A DNA stretch of 64,000 nt from Candidatus Pacearchaeota archaeon (lineage in GTDB: Archaea; Nanobdellota; Nanobdellia; Pacearchaeales; GW2011-AR1), in the NCBI GenBank assembly GCA_038874355.1, contig JAVZCO010000001.1, positions 322,074-386,073 on the forward strand. Reading direction: 5' to 3'. Shown here in pieces: positions 1 to 10,269 of this stretch; within the stretch, counting starts at the first letter, position 1, and every line of letters begins with the position of its first letter. The notes beneath the pieces are model-generated. The model saw nothing but the letters and a program-made list of their open reading frames with translations, did no database searches and had not been told where the DNA came from. A program made the position numbers and the translations under genes.

Positions 1-101
1 AACAATAAAAATACTTATTGGAATAATTGTATTTTTATTAATAATATTAGGAGCTTCTTATTTCTTTAAAGATAAAATAATTTCTTTTTTTAATAAATGA
101 A

Positions 102-665
102 ATGTTTCTTTATGTTTATATTCCAGAAGAAGATTCTTATTTTTTATCAGAGATAATAGAAAAAGAATTAAAATTAATAATTAATAATAAGAAAAAAAAT
201 CTAATTTTTTTAGACATGGGATGTGGGTCTTGTATACAAGCATTAAAAGCTTCTAAATTTATAAACAAAAAGAATATTTTTTGTGTTGATATAGAAAAAG
301 AAGCTATAAAAAAAGCAAAAGAACTTAATTTTAATTCAATAAGATCGAATCTCTTTAATAATAAAAGATTAAAAAATAGAAAATATGATATAATAGCTTT
401 TAATCCGCCCTATCTGCCATGTAATAAATATGATAATGAAAAAGATATTTGTGGTGGTGAGAGAGGAGATGAAATAATATTAAAATTTTTGGATCAAGCA
501 AAAAAATATCTACGTAGAAGTGGAATAATTTTTCTCTTATTCTCATCTTTAACTCCTAAAAAAAGGATAATAAATAAAATTAAAAAATATTATGAAATAG
601 AAAAAATATATAAAAAAAATTTATTTATGGAAACTTTATTTATTTATAAACTATTATTGAAATAA
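102..665 (+). CDS. HemK/Mtq2-family SAM-dependent methyltransferase (putative release-factor glutamine N5-methyltransferase)
   Basis: N-terminal YIPEEDSYFL matches the Mtq2/HemK vYePaEDSflL block. Gly-rich SAM motif LDMGCGSC and catalytic NPPY tetrapeptide present. Confidence 0.55.
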   Translation: MFLYVYIPEEDSYFLSEIIEKELKLIINNKKKNLIFLDMGCGSCIQALKASKFINKKNIFCVDIEKEAIKKAKELNFNSIRSNLFNNKRLKNRKYDIIAFNPPYLPCNKYDNEKDICGGERGDEIILKFLDQAKKYLRRSGIIFLLFSSLTPKKRIINKIKKYYEIEKIYKKNLFMETLFIYKLLLK

Positions 666-705
666 ATTTATTTACAATTTAATTATATTAATATTCAATT
701 TACTA

Positions 706-1251
706 TTAAACTATATTCTTTTTCTTTATGTAATGGAATGCTGTTCCAATAGCACTAATAGCCGTTAGAATTATTATTATTATATTAGTTGTTAATTTAT
801 CTTGATTTATCATTGCTGTTTTAAAAGCAAATATTGTAAAAATATAAAGAATAAAATAGAAAATTATTCTAGATAACAATTTTGCTTCTTCTATTTTTGA
901 ATCTTCAATAATATCTCTTAAGTATAATGCAAGAAAAAATCCTATAATTATTAATATTAAAGCTCCTACTAAAGAAGGAATTATCATTAGTATAGGAATA
1001 ATCCAATTATTTAATTGTTCTAAATTCAATTTCATTAAAGTTAAATTTAAAAATAAGATATAAATACCCCATCTTATAATAACTAAAAATAAACTTATAG
1101 CACTTTTATGTATTATTCTATCTATTTCATTTCTTCTAATAAATTTTTTTAAAAAACGAACTAATAATTCTGCAATAATTATTCCAACTGATATTATAAT
1201 AAATCCTTCCAAAATTTTAAAAAATATACTATTACTATTAAAAATGTTCAT
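706..1251 (-). CDS. multi-pass membrane protein, unknown function
   Basis: 181 aa with about four hydrophobic helices and no recognisable catalytic motif. Confidence 0.35.
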   Translation of the reverse strand: MNIFNSNSIFFKILEGFIIISVGIIIAELLVRFLKKFIRRNEIDRIIHKSAISLFLVIIRWGIYILFLNLTLMKLNLEQLNNWIIPILMIIPSLVGALILIIIGFFLALYLRDIIEDSKIEEAKLLSRIIFYFILYIFTIFAFKTAMINQDKLTTNIIIIILTAISAIGTAFHYIKKKNIV

Positions 1252-1387
1252 ATTATAAATATGTAATATAACTATAAATATTTTTTGTTTTTTGGAATTA
1301 AAAAATTAATACTAAAAATGTATTTTATTCTATCTCCAAATATTTAAAAATAATAATAATTTTAAACTTAAGTTTTTTTATATTAAA

Positions 1388-2542
1388 ATGAAATTTTCAC
1401 ACATAGCAGATTGTCATCTCGGTGGATGGAGATATCCAGAACTACAATCTTTAAACTTTGAAAGTTTTAAGAAAGCAATAGATATAAGTATAGAAGAAAA
1501 AGTAGATTTTGTTTTAATTACAGGAGATCTATTTGATTCTGCTTATCCTCCAATAGATATTTTAGCAGAGTGTTTTTTTCAACTAAAAAGATTAAAGGAT
1601 AATTCTATAGATTGTTATATTATTGCAGGAAGCCATGATTTTTCCGCATCTGGAAAAACTTTTTTATATGTTTTAGAAAAAGCAGGTTTTTGTAAATCTT
1701 GTTTCAAAAAAGAAGAAAAAAATAATAAAATTATATTACATCCAATAATTCATAAAAATGTAGCCATATATGGTTATCCTGGAAAAAAATCCTCTTTAGA
1801 AATAGAAGAACTTAAGAGGGTTTCTTTTAATGATGCTCCAGGTTTATTTAAAATATTTGCTCTTCATACCTCTATAAAAGGAGCAATTAAAGATTTACCA
1901 ATTGAGGCTATATCAGAAGAAGATCTTCCAAAAGCAGATTATTATGCTTTAGGTCATTTACATATTCATTATCAATATAAAAACTTTGTTTATGCCGGAC
2001 CAACTTTTCCAAATAATTTTCAAGAACTTGAGGAATTAAAGTATGGTTCTTTTTGCATAGTAAACACAGATCCCTTAAATATTAGAAGAATTTTATTAAA
2101 AATAAAAGATGTAGAAATTATAGATTTATTGATTGATAATACCTTAACAGCGGCAGATATTATCTTAAAAGAATTAGATAAAAGAGATATTGCTAACAAA
2201 ATAGTCTTATTGAAATTAAGAGGAACTATAAAAAACGGAAATATTTCTGATATAAATTTCAAGGAAATAGAAGATAAAATAAAAAGAAAAGGAGGTTATG
2301 CTTTTTTAAGAAATATTTCTAAATTACAGATAGAAGAATCAAAAATTGATGTAGAAATCCAAGATATAGACAAACTAGAAGAAGAAATAATAAAAAAATA
2401 TCAAAATGAAAATAAAAAGTTTAGTAAATTAATCCCATTAATAATTAACTCTCTATCTATAGAAAAAAATGAAGGAGAGACAAATAATTCTTTTTCTGAA
2501 AGATTATTTTTAGAAGTAAATAAAATATTAGAAATAAAATGA
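1388..2542 (+). CDS. mre11: DNA double-strand break repair nuclease Mre11
   Basis: Calcineurin-like phosphoesterase motifs in order: HIADCHLG, GDLFD, GSHD, GHLH. 4-nt overlap with the downstream rad50 gene. Confidence 0.85.
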   Translation: MKFSHIADCHLGGWRYPELQSLNFESFKKAIDISIEEKVDFVLITGDLFDSAYPPIDILAECFFQLKRLKDNSIDCYIIAGSHDFSASGKTFLYVLEKAGFCKSCFKKEEKNNKIILHPIIHKNVAIYGYPGKKSSLEIEELKRVSFNDAPGLFKIFALHTSIKGAIKDLPIEAISEEDLPKADYYALGHLHIHYQYKNFVYAGPTFPNNFQELEELKYGSFCIVNTDPLNIRRILLKIKDVEIIDLLIDNTLTAADIILKELDKRDIANKIVLLKLRGTIKNGNISDINFKEIEDKIKRKGGYAFLRNISKLQIEESKIDVEIQDIDKLEEEIIKKYQNENKKFSKLIPLIINSLSIEKNEGETNNSFSERLFLEVNKILEIK

Positions 2543-4602
2543 TAATAAAAAGAATAATATTAGAAAACATCAGAAGTTACGAAAAGGCAGAAATAGAATT
2601 TCCCTTAGGCTCTGTTTTGTTAGAAGGAGATATAGGTTCGGGAAAAACAACAATATTGTTAGCAATAGAATTTGCTTTGTTTGGATTACAACCAGGAAAA
2701 AAAGGATCTTCTCTTTTAAGAAATGGAGAAAGAGAAGGAAAAGTTGTTTTAGAAATAGAAGTTGATGGAAAAAATGTAATTATTGAAAGAAATTTGAAAG
2801 CATCTTCTAAGGGTGTAAATCAATCTAATTGTTTTATAATTGTAGATAATGAAAAAAAAGAGTTATCAACCACAGAATTAAAAAATCTAATAATTCAGAT
2901 TTTGAATTATCCAAAAGAATTTATAAAAAAAACAAATATACTTTACAGATTTACTGTTTATACACCTCAAGAAGAAATGAAACAAATTATATTAGAACCA
3001 GCAGAATTGAGATTAGATACTTTAAGACACATTTTTGGTATAGATAAATATAAAAGAGTAAAAGAAAATTTAGCCATTATTGGAATAAAATTAAGAGAAA
3101 TAATAAAAAATTACGAAGGACAAATAATGACATTAGAAGAAGAAAAAACAAAAAAAGAAGAAAAGAAAAAAGATATAGAAAAAATAAGAATTAATTTAAA
3201 AGAAGAAGAATTAATTTTAAAAGAAAAAAAAGAAAAAAGAAAAAATATAGAAAAAGAAATAGAAGAATTAACAAAAAAGATTAAAGAAAAAGAAAATTAC
3301 GAAAAAGAAGCAGAAAAAATTAGAGTTATGCTAATAGGAAAAAAAGAAATTTTTTCTTCTAAGGAAAAAGAAAAAGAAGAAATAGAAAAAGAAATAACAA
3401 ATTTAAAATTAACAAAATTTTCAGAAGAAGAACTTTTTAATAAAGAAAAAGAAAAACAATCTTTAGAAAAAGAAAAAGAAGAAAAAAGTAAAGGATATTT
3501 AGAAATTACAGGAAGAATAAATTCTATAAAATTAAAAATAGAAGAAATAAAAAAACAAAAAGATCAGATTTCTATATTAAAAGTTTGCCCAACATGTTTG
3601 CAAGAAATAAAAGAGGAATATAAAGTTTATGTTATCAATAATTTTGAATATAATATTATACAATTAAAAAAAGAATTAGAAGAAAAAGAAACAGAAAAGA
3701 AGATTTTAGGAAAAAGGATAGAAGAAATAAATAAAAAAATATTTGATATAGAAAAAGAAATAACAAATTTAAAATTAATAAAAATAAAATTAAAAGATTT
3801 AGAAGAAAAAGAAAGAAAATTAGAAAAAATAAAAAAAGAAATTTCGATAATAAAAAAAGATATAGAAATGTTAGACTCCCAATTAAAGAATTTGTTAGAA
3901 ATAGTTTCTTCTTTTAAAAAATACGAAAATCTTTTCGATAAAAAAAATTCTGAATTAAAAGATGCATTAAAAGAAGAGAAAAATTCTGAAATAGTTATTG
4001 CAGAATTAGAAAAAGAGATAGATTTACTTTTAAAAATAGTGAAAGAAATAGAAAAAAGCATAGAAGAAAAAATGAAATTAAAAGAGAAATTAAATTATGT
4101 AAAAGAAATTGAAAATTGGTTATCTACAAATTTTTTAGATTTAATTAATTTTATAGAAAGAAATATAATGTTAAAATTAATAGAAGAATTCTCTAAGTTA
4201 TTTAATGAGTGGTTTAATTTATTAGTTCCTGAAAATTTTTCTGTTAAGCTAGATGAAACTTTCACACCAATTATAGAACAAAATGGATATACTTTAGATT
4301 ATGATTATATGTCTGGCGGGGAAAGAACGGCAGTTGCTTTATCTTACAGATTAGCTTTAAATCAAATTCTTAATTCTTTGCATAGTAAAATAAAAACAAA
4401 AGAAATATTAATTTTAGACGAACCTACTGACGGTTTTTCAGAGCAACAATTAGAAAAGATGAGAGATGTTTTTGAACAACTAAAAGCAAAGCAAATTATT
4501 ATTGTTAGCCATGAAAATAAAATGGAGGATTTCGTAGAAAATATAATAAGCTTTAAAAAAGAAAATGGTATTTCTAAAATAGAAAAGAAAGATATTCAAT
4601 AA
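2539..4602 (+). CDS. rad50: DNA double-strand break repair ATPase Rad50 (compact version)
   Basis: Walker A GDIGSGKTT, long K/E-rich coiled coil, CPTC zinc hook, signature SGGER, Walker B ILILDEPT. Operon partner of mre11. Confidence 0.85.
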   Translation: MIIKRIILENIRSYEKAEIEFPLGSVLLEGDIGSGKTTILLAIEFALFGLQPGKKGSSLLRNGEREGKVVLEIEVDGKNVIIERNLKASSKGVNQSNCFIIVDNEKKELSTTELKNLIIQILNYPKEFIKKTNILYRFTVYTPQEEMKQIILEPAELRLDTLRHIFGIDKYKRVKENLAIIGIKLREIIKNYEGQIMTLEEEKTKKEEKKKDIEKIRINLKEEELILKEKKEKRKNIEKEIEELTKKIKEKENYEKEAEKIRVMLIGKKEIFSSKEKEKEEIEKEITNLKLTKFSEEELFNKEKEKQSLEKEKEEKSKGYLEITGRINSIKLKIEEIKKQKDQISILKVCPTCLQEIKEEYKVYVINNFEYNIIQLKKELEEKETEKKILGKRIEEINKKIFDIEKEITNLKLIKIKLKDLEEKERKLEKIKKEISIIKKDIEMLDSQLKNLLEIVSSFKKYENLFDKKNSELKDALKEEKNSEIVIAELEKEIDLLLKIVKEIEKSIEEKMKLKEKLNYVKEIENWLSTNFLDLINFIERNIMLKLIEEFSKLFNEWFNLLVPENFSVKLDETFTPIIEQNGYTLDYDYMSGGERTAVALSYRLALNQILNSLHSKIKTKEILILDEPTDGFSEQQLEKMRDVFEQLKAKQIIIVSHENKMEDFVENIISFKKENGISKIEKKDIQ

Positions 4603-4644
4603 TTTTTAAATAAAATATAAATATTTAAATTTAGTAAAAAAAGG

Positions 4645-5664
4645 ATGAAAGAAAAAAAAGAATATTTTTTAGGGATAGAATCTACTGCTCATACTTTTGG
4701 AATTGGAATAGTAAAAGAAGGAAAAATTATTGTAAATCTTAAAAGTTCTTATAAAACAACAGAAGGTGGATTAATCCCTATTGAAAGTGCAAAACATCAT
4801 GAAGAAATAAAAGAAAAACTTTATGAAGAAGCACTAAAAAAAGCTAATATAAATGAAAAAGAAATAAAAGCAATAGCATTTTCACAAGCTCCAGGTTTGC
4901 CCCCGTGTTTAATAGTAGGGATGAAATTTTCTAAAGATTTAGCTAAAAAATTAAATTTACCTTTAATACCTGTAAATCATTGTATTGCTCATTTAGAAAT
5001 AGGAAGTATAACTAATGCAAAAGATCCTGTTTTACTTTACTGTTCTGGAGCAAATACACAAATAATATCTTATGCAGCAGGAAAATACAGAGTTTTCGGA
5101 GAAACCTTAGATTTAGGTATAGGAAATTTTATTGATAGTTTTGCAAGATATATAGGAATAGGTTTTCCTGGTGGTCCAATAGTAGAAGATTTATCTAAAA
5201 AATACAGAGAAAAAGAAAAAAAAGAATATATTCTTTTGCCATATACTATAAAAGGTATGGATTTTGCTTTTTCTGGTATTCTAACAAATTTAAAACAAAA
5301 AATACAAACAAAAAAATATACTTCAGAACAATTATCATACAGTTTAGAAGAGACAGCATTTTCAATTTTAATAGAAGCCACCGAAAGAGCAATGGCCCAT
5401 TTAAATAAATCAGAACTTTTACTTGGCGGTGGTGTTGTTTGTAATAAAAGATTGCAAGAAATGGCTAAAATAATGTGTGAAGAAAGAAACGCAAAATTAT
5501 TTATTCCGTCTAACGAATTACTTGTAGATAATGGAGCAATGATAGCTTATTTAGGAGAGATAATGTATAATGCAGGGGTTAAATATGAAGGAAAAGAAAT
5601 AGATAAAATTGATATATTACCCAGACAAAGAGCTGATGAAGTTAATGTAGTTTGGAAAAAATAA
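4645..5664 (+). CDS. kae1: tRNA N6-threonylcarbamoyladenosine synthase Kae1
   Basis: GIESTAHTFGIGIV N-terminus and an HxxH-like CIAHLE block of the Kae1/TsaD/Qri7 family. 339 aa with no Bud32 fusion. Confidence 0.85.
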   Translation: MKEKKEYFLGIESTAHTFGIGIVKEGKIIVNLKSSYKTTEGGLIPIESAKHHEEIKEKLYEEALKKANINEKEIKAIAFSQAPGLPPCLIVGMKFSKDLAKKLNLPLIPVNHCIAHLEIGSITNAKDPVLLYCSGANTQIISYAAGKYRVFGETLDLGIGNFIDSFARYIGIGFPGGPIVEDLSKKYREKEKKEYILLPYTIKGMDFAFSGILTNLKQKIQTKKYTSEQLSYSLEETAFSILIEATERAMAHLNKSELLLGGGVVCNKRLQEMAKIMCEERNAKLFIPSNELLVDNGAMIAYLGEIMYNAGVKYEGKEIDKIDILPRQRADEVNVVWKK

Positions 5665-5698
5665 AAGATAATCTTTAAAAAGATAATATTTAAATTAA

Positions 5699-6061
5699 TT
5701 ATTTTATTTCTAATAAATTTTTTCCTCTATTATATTCTTTTTTTATCCTTGCTTTATCAAATCCGTAATTTATATTTATTAAATACTTTAATATACTTGC
5801 CATTTCTATATATTTTTCTGAAAAAACTTCAATATCTACATTATTATTTGGGTATTCTTTTAAAGAAATAGGTTTTTTATAAAAAAATTTAATTTTTTTA
5901 TTTCTTAATTCAATAAAATAATCTTTATATAAATCTATATTATTTTTTTCTTTTTTAATAACATATTCTGATTTTATTATTTTTGATAAATTCCTAAATT
6001 TATTATTTTCTTTTTGTACTATTCTATTTAATATTTCAAAAATTTCTTTTTTATTTATCAT
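5699..6061 (-). CDS. hypothetical protein
   Basis: 120-aa ORF with normal codon usage and no recognised motif. Confidence 0.3.
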   Translation of the reverse strand: MINKKEIFEILNRIVQKENNKFRNLSKIIKSEYVIKKEKNNIDLYKDYFIELRNKKIKFFYKKPISLKEYPNNNVDIEVFSEKYIEMASILKYLININYGFDKARIKKEYNRGKNLLEIK

Positions 6062-6121
6062 GTGGAAATATTAAAAGATCTATTTATAAATATTTCTATT
6101 AAAATTTTAATAAAAATAAAT

Positions 6122-6550
6122 TTAAAATTCTATTTTATTCTTATCTGGAAAAAAAATTTCCATTTTTCCAGAAGAAGGATAAAATATTATATCTCTTTTT
6201 GAATCTAGAATGAGAAACTTATAATTTATTTTATTCTTTTTAAAAATTTCTTCTAAAACTTTTTTTTCTTCTTTTATAAAATTTCCACATAAAACGACTT
6301 TTGCACTTAAATCTTTTTTATTTATTCTTTTTAAATATTTTTCAATTTCCTTTTTTAAAATTGAAGGAAAATAAGAATAATGTAAAAGAGCACCCTCATT
6401 TTCAGAGTAGAGAGCAACTCCAACACATCCACAATAATTTTTAGAGCATTTTATTGAAGAATCAAAATCAGATTCTTCGTCTATTTCAATTTCTTTAAAT
6501 TTTATTCCATTTTTTTTGAATTTTTTTATCTTTTTTTCATAATTTTCCAT
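6122..6550 (-). CDS. hypothetical protein, weak CheD-like resemblance
   Basis: YCGCVGVALYSENEGALLHYS loosely resembles the CheD GSCVAVCLYD...GMAHIMLP core. Weak evidence. Confidence 0.3.
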   Translation of the reverse strand: MENYEKKIKKFKKNGIKFKEIEIDEESDFDSSIKCSKNYCGCVGVALYSENEGALLHYSYFPSILKKEIEKYLKRINKKDLSAKVVLCGNFIKEEKKVLEEIFKKNKINYKFLILDSKRDIIFYPSSGKMEIFFPDKNKIEF

Positions 6551-6559
6551 ATTCCTATT

Positions 6560-8290
6560 TTATACCCCCCATGTAATTTTTTCTTTTCTCTTTATTGACG
6601 CAATTTCTTGTAATATCCTAATCTCTTCCTCTGATAAAAGATGTTTATTCTCTTTAAATTTTTTAAATTCCCTTTCTGTTAATTCAGAATAAAGAAAATT
6701 AATATTTTTTAATTGTCTTTCGAAATTTAATCCAGGCAAACTTATTGCAACTTCTTCTCCACTTGAAACCTCTTGTAAACTATTTTTTTCTTTTTGTATA
6801 GATTTTACTCTTCCTATTTCATTATTATTATCATCAATTAAAAAAGTTCCTATTTTTAATTTTCCATATAAAACTCTAACCCCAAATATTGCGGGATTAC
6901 TATTTCTAAAAACATATTGATGTAAAATTTGTAATTTACATAAAGAAGTGAGTTCCATTAATTTCTTCCTTTCAATTTCTTTTTGTTTTTCTTCTCTTGA
7001 TTTTATAATTTCTTCTATTATTTTATAAACAATATCTCCTAAGATTATTTTTACTTCTTTTGACATATCTAAAGCATCTTCTTCAATTGAAACATTAAAA
7101 CCTACAATAATTGAATTTAAAGGATCTTTTTCTTCATTTGTTTTTGCAAGAATAATATCATTTTTCGTTATATTTCCTACACCCGCCTTCAAAATTTTTA
7201 TATTGGATTGTTTAAGTAAAAATATAAGTGCCTCTAAACTTCCTAAAGATTCTGCTTTTATTATTATTCCTTGTTTATCTGTTTCTATTTTTTTTAGTTC
7301 TAAATTAAATTCTTTTTCTATTTCTGTTATTTTTTTATTTAAAAGACAAAAAGGCATACCCGCAAGAATACCCTCCATATTTGTTAGATGTAATCTTAAT
7401 CCTGTTGCAGCATTTGTTTCATTTACAGATTTAAATTTATTTTCCAATGGAATTATTTCTTCTATTGTTCTTATTTTTGTTATTATAGGTTTATCAAAAG
7501 AAGCAATTGCTATTTCATCTCCTGTTTTTAATTTTCCATCATATAATATTGCTTCAAGATAATTTATTGTTTTTTCTTTTTTTACTTCTAAAATAATTCC
7601 TTTAGCATCTTCTTTTAATTCTAATTGCTTTTTTAAGAATTTTTGACATAAACCACATAAAGTTAATAATAATTCTGGAACACCTTCAAAAGATTTTGCT
7701 GATATAGGACATATTGCAACTTTTTTTGTGTAGTCTTGTATGTTATAAAATAAATCAGCATCAAAATTATAAAATTGTAAAGCAGAAACAATAGAGTAAA
7801 ATTTTTCATCAAATTCATTTTTTGTTATATAATTTTGTGATTCTATATTTTTTTTTATATCATTATCTCTCTTTTTCCATCCACTTAGGTTATCTATCTT
7901 ATTTAAAGCAATGATAAAAGGAGTTTTGTTTTCTTTTAGAATTTGTAAACACTCTGAAGTTTGTGGCATAATTCCTTCATTAATATCAATTACAAGAATA
8001 GCAAGATCTGCTAAACTACCGCCTCTTTTTCTTAAATTTGTAAAAGCTGCATGACCAGGAGTGTCTATAAATAATAAACCAGGGATCTCTAATTTAATAT
8101 TCTTTTTTTCTATTATAGGACATATTTCTTTTATTCTCTCTAAAGGAAATAAACTAAAATATATTTTTTGAGTTATTCTTCCTGCTTCTTTTTCAACAAT
8201 GTTTGACCCTCTTAGACTATCAAGTAAAGTAGTCTTACCATGATCAACATGTCCTACTATAGTTACTATAGGTTGTCTTATTTTTGTCAT
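6560..8290 (-). CDS. infB: translation initiation factor aIF5B (IF2 homolog)
   Basis: G1 motif VGHVDHGKTTLLD, DTPGH, NKID. 576-aa four-domain architecture typical of aIF5B. Confidence 0.8.
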   Translation of the reverse strand: MTKIRQPIVTIVGHVDHGKTTLLDSLRGSNIVEKEAGRITQKIYFSLFPLERIKEICPIIEKKNIKLEIPGLLFIDTPGHAAFTNLRKRGGSLADLAILVIDINEGIMPQTSECLQILKENKTPFIIALNKIDNLSGWKKRDNDIKKNIESQNYITKNEFDEKFYSIVSALQFYNFDADLFYNIQDYTKKVAICPISAKSFEGVPELLLTLCGLCQKFLKKQLELKEDAKGIILEVKKEKTINYLEAILYDGKLKTGDEIAIASFDKPIITKIRTIEEIIPLENKFKSVNETNAATGLRLHLTNMEGILAGMPFCLLNKKITEIEKEFNLELKKIETDKQGIIIKAESLGSLEALIFLLKQSNIKILKAGVGNITKNDIILAKTNEEKDPLNSIIVGFNVSIEEDALDMSKEVKIILGDIVYKIIEEIIKSREEKQKEIERKKLMELTSLCKLQILHQYVFRNSNPAIFGVRVLYGKLKIGTFLIDDNNNEIGRVKSIQKEKNSLQEVSSGEEVAISLPGLNFERQLKNINFLYSELTEREFKKFKENKHLLSEEEIRILQEIASIKRKEKITWGV

Positions 8291-8347
8291 GAAAATATAT
8301 CATAGAATGATACTTTTAAACCTAACTAAGAAATAAAAAATGTTACA

Positions 8348-8572
8348 TTATTTTTTACTATCTTCTTTTATTACTTTTGTTCCACATTCTGGACAGAATT
8401 TAACATCATCATCCAAGATTTTATTACAATTAGAACATCTTAATACTTTTGGAGATTTTTCAATAATAGTTTTATAACCCCTTTTACCAGAAACTAAAAC
8501 TCCAAAAGCTTCTTCTACTTTTGGATCATCTATATATTTTCTTAAATCTCTACAAGAGCCTCCAGATGACAT
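8348..8572 (-). CDS. small zinc-ribbon protein
   Basis: C-terminal CSNCN...CPECG pair of CxxC motifs, 74 aa. Confidence 0.4.
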   Translation of the reverse strand: MSSGGSCRDLRKYIDDPKVEEAFGVLVSGKRGYKTIIEKSPKVLRCSNCNKILDDDVKFCPECGTKVIKEDSKK

Positions 8573-8633
8573 TTATACCTCTTTTATTATTTTTATTATA
8601 ATTTAATTGGATATTTATCATTTATAAATATTT

Positions 8634-9428
8634 TTATTTTGTATTTTTATAATCAAAGACTTTAACAAAATTATTCCATAATATTTTTTCTGTTTCTTCT
8701 TCAGATAAATCCAAAACTTTAGCAATAACTTTTATGGTTTCTTTAATAAAAGATGGTTCATTTTTCTTCCCAGCGTAAGGAGATAAATAAGGAGCATCAG
8801 TTTCTGTTAAAATTTTTTCTTTTGGTAATATTTTAATCATTTCTTTAAAATGTTCTAATTTTACTATGTTAGTAGGAATAGAAAAATAATAACCCAAAGA
8901 AAGTGCATTCTTAATTAAAGAAAACTTACCATTAAAGCAATGGAGTATTTTTTTACATTTAAAATCTTTAGTAAATTCTATAATTTCTTTTTCCGCCTTT
9001 CTTGAGTGTAAAATAACCGGAACGTTCAATTCTTCTGCAAGAATTAATTCTTTTTTTAAAAGTTCTTTTTGCTCTTCTAAATTTTTTCCTTTATAAAGAT
9101 CAAGACCAACTTCACCTATTGCAAAAACATATTTTTTATTTTTTAAAGCAAATTCTTCTAAATTTTCAAAAGATTCTTTTTGTCTTTTTTTTCTTTTTTC
9201 GATATCTTCATTTTCTCTTTCTAAAGCATCTTTTGGGTAAAAACCAACAGCAAGTTTTACTATATCTATATATTTTTTTGTATATTCTAAATTTTTTTTA
9301 CAACTCGTCAAATCTACGGAATTAGTTATAATACATTTAACTTTATTTTTTCTAGCATTTTCAATTACTTTTTTCACTTCTTCTTCATTTTCATATAAAT
9401 CTAAATGGCAATGTATATCATAAATCAT
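8634..9428 (-). CDS. tatD: TatD-family metal-dependent hydrolase/DNase
   Basis: N-terminal IYDIHCHLD metal-binding motif, TIM-barrel-sized (264 aa), conserved His/Asp/Glu pattern. Confidence 0.8.
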   Translation of the reverse strand: MIYDIHCHLDLYENEEEVKKVIENARKNKVKCIITNSVDLTSCKKNLEYTKKYIDIVKLAVGFYPKDALERENEDIEKRKKRQKESFENLEEFALKNKKYVFAIGEVGLDLYKGKNLEEQKELLKKELILAEELNVPVILHSRKAEKEIIEFTKDFKCKKILHCFNGKFSLIKNALSLGYYFSIPTNIVKLEHFKEMIKILPKEKILTETDAPYLSPYAGKKNEPSFIKETIKVIAKVLDLSEEETEKILWNNFVKVFDYKNTK

Positions 9429-9481
9429 AAAAATTAAAAATATATATATTTTAAATATATTTTGTTATATTTTTATAAAAA

Positions 9482-9988
9482 ATGGTAATAGTAAATAAAA
9501 ATTTAGAAAAGATGCTAGTAGAAATTAAGTGGAATGGTTTTTTTCATAGCGAGATAATAATTCCAAAAAAAATAAAAAATATAGAAAGTAACATATGGAA
9601 ATCTGTAATCTCTTATTATAATTATAGAAAATTTCTTTTAGAAGATTTAAGAAAAATAACTAAAAGCGATTTTGGTTTTATTTTAGGTTGGGCAATAGAA
9701 AATGCTTTATTAAGAGGAAATAAAAATAATCCAGAATTACCAGTTATTATAAATTACTATTTAGGAAGAGAAGGAATAGTTAGTAGAATAAAAGATTTTG
9801 GTGAAGGATTCAATTATATGGAAGTACAAGAAAAATATCTTAAAAGAGAAAAATATTTTATTAATAATGGGGCTGGTTTTGCAGGTTATAACAGAGAGGA
9901 TGTAGAAGTTAATTTCGAAGAAGCTGGAAGTATTATTAATTTAATGTATAAATGTAAAATAGAAGAAGATTTAAAAATATTTAAATAA
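9482..9988 (+). CDS. hypothetical protein
   Basis: 168-aa ORF with no recognised motif. Confidence 0.35.
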   Translation: MVIVNKNLEKMLVEIKWNGFFHSEIIIPKKIKNIESNIWKSVISYYNYRKFLLEDLRKITKSDFGFILGWAIENALLRGNKNNPELPVIINYYLGREGIVSRIKDFGEGFNYMEVQEKYLKREKYFINNGAGFAGYNREDVEVNFEEAGSIINLMYKCKIEEDLKIFK

Positions 9989-9998
9989 TCTTTATTCT

Positions 9999-10268
9999 AT
10001 GATAAAAATTTTTATTTATTTGATAATAATAATTTCTTCCTTTTTTGTAGGTTATTTATTAGCTAAAATTTGTAAAGAAGAACTTGAAAGTTTTAGAAAA
10101 ATATTTTTTTATATATATATCACTACCTTCCCGATCATCTTATTTTTTTCTTTTTTAAAGATAGAAAAAAATTTAAAATTATCAATAATATTGAGTTTAG
10201 TATTCATAATGATTGTTTCTTTTATGTCATTTTGGTTAAGTTATGATAAAAAATTTATAAAAAATTAA
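9999..10268 (+). CDS. small membrane protein
   Basis: 89 aa with two or three hydrophobic helices. Confidence 0.3.
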   Translation: MIKIFIYLIIIISSFFVGYLLAKICKEELESFRKIFFYIYITTFPIILFFSFLKIEKNLKLSIILSLVFIMIVSFMSFWLSYDKKFIKN

Positions 10269-10269
10269 A

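Noticed and set aside
3100-3900. Apparent simple-sequence DNA repeat (aaagaaaaagaa...) suggestive of a repeat element or CRISPR-like array
   Set aside because: It is the K/E-rich coiled-coil coding region of Rad50. The periodicity is irregular, it is in frame, and it is flanked by the Walker A and zinc-hook motifs. The similar K/E-rich tail at 57293..57742 is the L31e extension.
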